Source of the DNA: Octopus sinensis
Taxonomy: Eukaryota
DNA length: 64,000 nt
Reading direction: 5' to 3'
Assembly: GCF_006345805.1 (NCBI RefSeq)
Contig: NC_043005.1
Coordinates: forward strand, 22,816,001 to 22,880,000
How positions within the stretch are numbered: position 1 is the first letter of the stretch; each line of letters starts with the position of its first letter. The translations under genes were made by a program, and so were the position numbers. Of this stretch, positions 62,620-64,000 are shown piece after piece. The notes beneath the pieces were generated by a model. That model was given only the letters and a program-made list of their open reading frames with translations, did no database searches and was not told where the DNA came from.

Positions 62620-64000
62620 GAAGTGTATCAGACTGCCAGAAGGGAAGCTAGGAGGCAGGTTTATTTAGCCAGAGGGGAAGCAGATAAGAAAAAATTTGCC
62701 AATGTTCTGCACCGTGAGGACCAAAGACTTGAGATATTTCGTGTTGCACGACAGTGTAAGAGAGAATCGTGATGTGGTAGGAGAGAAATGTGTTCGCATG
62801 GATGATGGTTCACTTGCGCTAAATGAGGATGCAAAGAGAGAGGTTTGGAGACACCACTATGAAAGGTTGCTGAATAAAGAAAATGAATGGGAGAAAGAGA
62901 TTCTGCCAAATGTTGACCTAACAGAGAGACCAGCTATCCGAGTTGACAGTACCTTGGTAGATAAGGCAATTAGAAGTATGAAGACAGGGAAAGCTCCCGG
63001 CCCATCAGGAATTACTGTAGAGATGCTCAAAATATCTGGCAGTGTTGGCTATAGCCTAGTCACCCGTATAGTTAACCAGGGGATACACGAAGGAGTCATA
63101 CCCAATGACTGGTGTAGCAGCATAATAGTCAACTGCTACAAAGGTAAAGGTGACGCTTTAGATACAAATAATTACAGAGGTATTAAGCTGTTGGATCAGG
63201 TAATGAAGGTCACTGAGAGGGTCATAGCCCAACTGATTAGGGAAAGAGTTAGCTTGGTTGAGATGCAGTTTGGTTTCATGCCAGGGAAAAGCACCACTGA
63301 TGCCATATTTCTGGTAAGACAGCTGCAGGAGAAATACCTAGCCAAAGATAAGCCTCTGTACCTGGTTTTCATTGACATGGAGAAAGCCTTTGACAGGGTC
63401 CCCCAATCCCTTATCTGGTGGTCAATGAGATAACTAGGGATAGATGAATAGTTAGTGAGAGCTGTGCAAGCCATGTACAGGGATGCTGTAAGTAAGGTGA
63501 TGGTTGGCAATGAGTACAGTGAAGAATTCAAGGTAGAGGTAGGGGTCCACCAAGGTTCAGTCCTCAGCCCCCCTCATATTTATTATAGTCCTCCAGGCAA
63601 TAATGGAGGAATTCAAGACAGGATGCCCCTGGGAGCTCCTCTATGCTGATGACCTTGCTCTAATTGCTGAGTCACTATCAGAACTAGAGAATTTTCAAGT
63701 GTGGAAACAAGGATTAGAATTGAAGGGCCTTAGAATCAACCTAGCTAAAACCAAAGTCCTAATAAGTAGAAAGGCAGACAAACCATAAATCCCTTCAGGT
63801 AGATGGCCCTGCTCAATCTGTAGTAGAGGCATAGATAGAAACTCTATAAGATGTACCAAGTGCAAGCTTTGGACACATAAGAGATGCAGTAATATCAAAG
63901 GAAGGCTAACTGGGAAGATAGTTTTTGTATGTGGCAGATGCTCGGGAGCAATAAACACTGATAATGTGCAGAGAACAACTTCAGCCACATTCCAGGGAGA
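62620..64000 (+). mobile_element. RTE-BovB-like LINE RT region, disrupted and running off the window
   Basis: MKTGKAPGPSG, NYRGIKLL, QFGFMPGKSTTDAIF, FIDMEKAFDRV, GVHQGSVLSP, LLYADDL. Confidence 0.96.

Overview
AT-rich, repeat-dense eukaryotic DNA. The SINE families and TE remnants point to a cephalopod, probably Octopus (inference from family recognition, not a database search). One host gene is recognisable although the ORF track misses it: a minus-strand, multi-exon SLC18B1-like MFS transporter. It has 7 well-supported exons between 1483 and 25697 with canonical splice sites and compatible phases. One required exon could not be found, and one candidate exon appears split by an RTE insertion. 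The rest is transposon-derived: several tRNA-headed SINE families, RTE, R4/Dong-like, Tx1/L1-like ORF1, Penelope-like elements, Gypsy pieces and a solo LTR, mariner, Tigger/pogo, hAT, Merlin, MULE-like foldback and Helitron-like elements, plus microsatellites. Best candidates for undescribed biology: (1) a tRNA-headed, hammerhead-ribozyme-carrying element integrated as a Penelope-style palindrome, alongside several other distinct hammerhead families; (2) an ORF1-only Tx1-like retroelement and a SINE subfamily that share a 3' tail and repeatedly hit the same site inside another SINE; (3) a young TGT...ACA TIR element with a 4-bp TSD carrying a Gypsy LTR-PBS-gag piece. All alignments and structures were done by eye and need computational confirmation.
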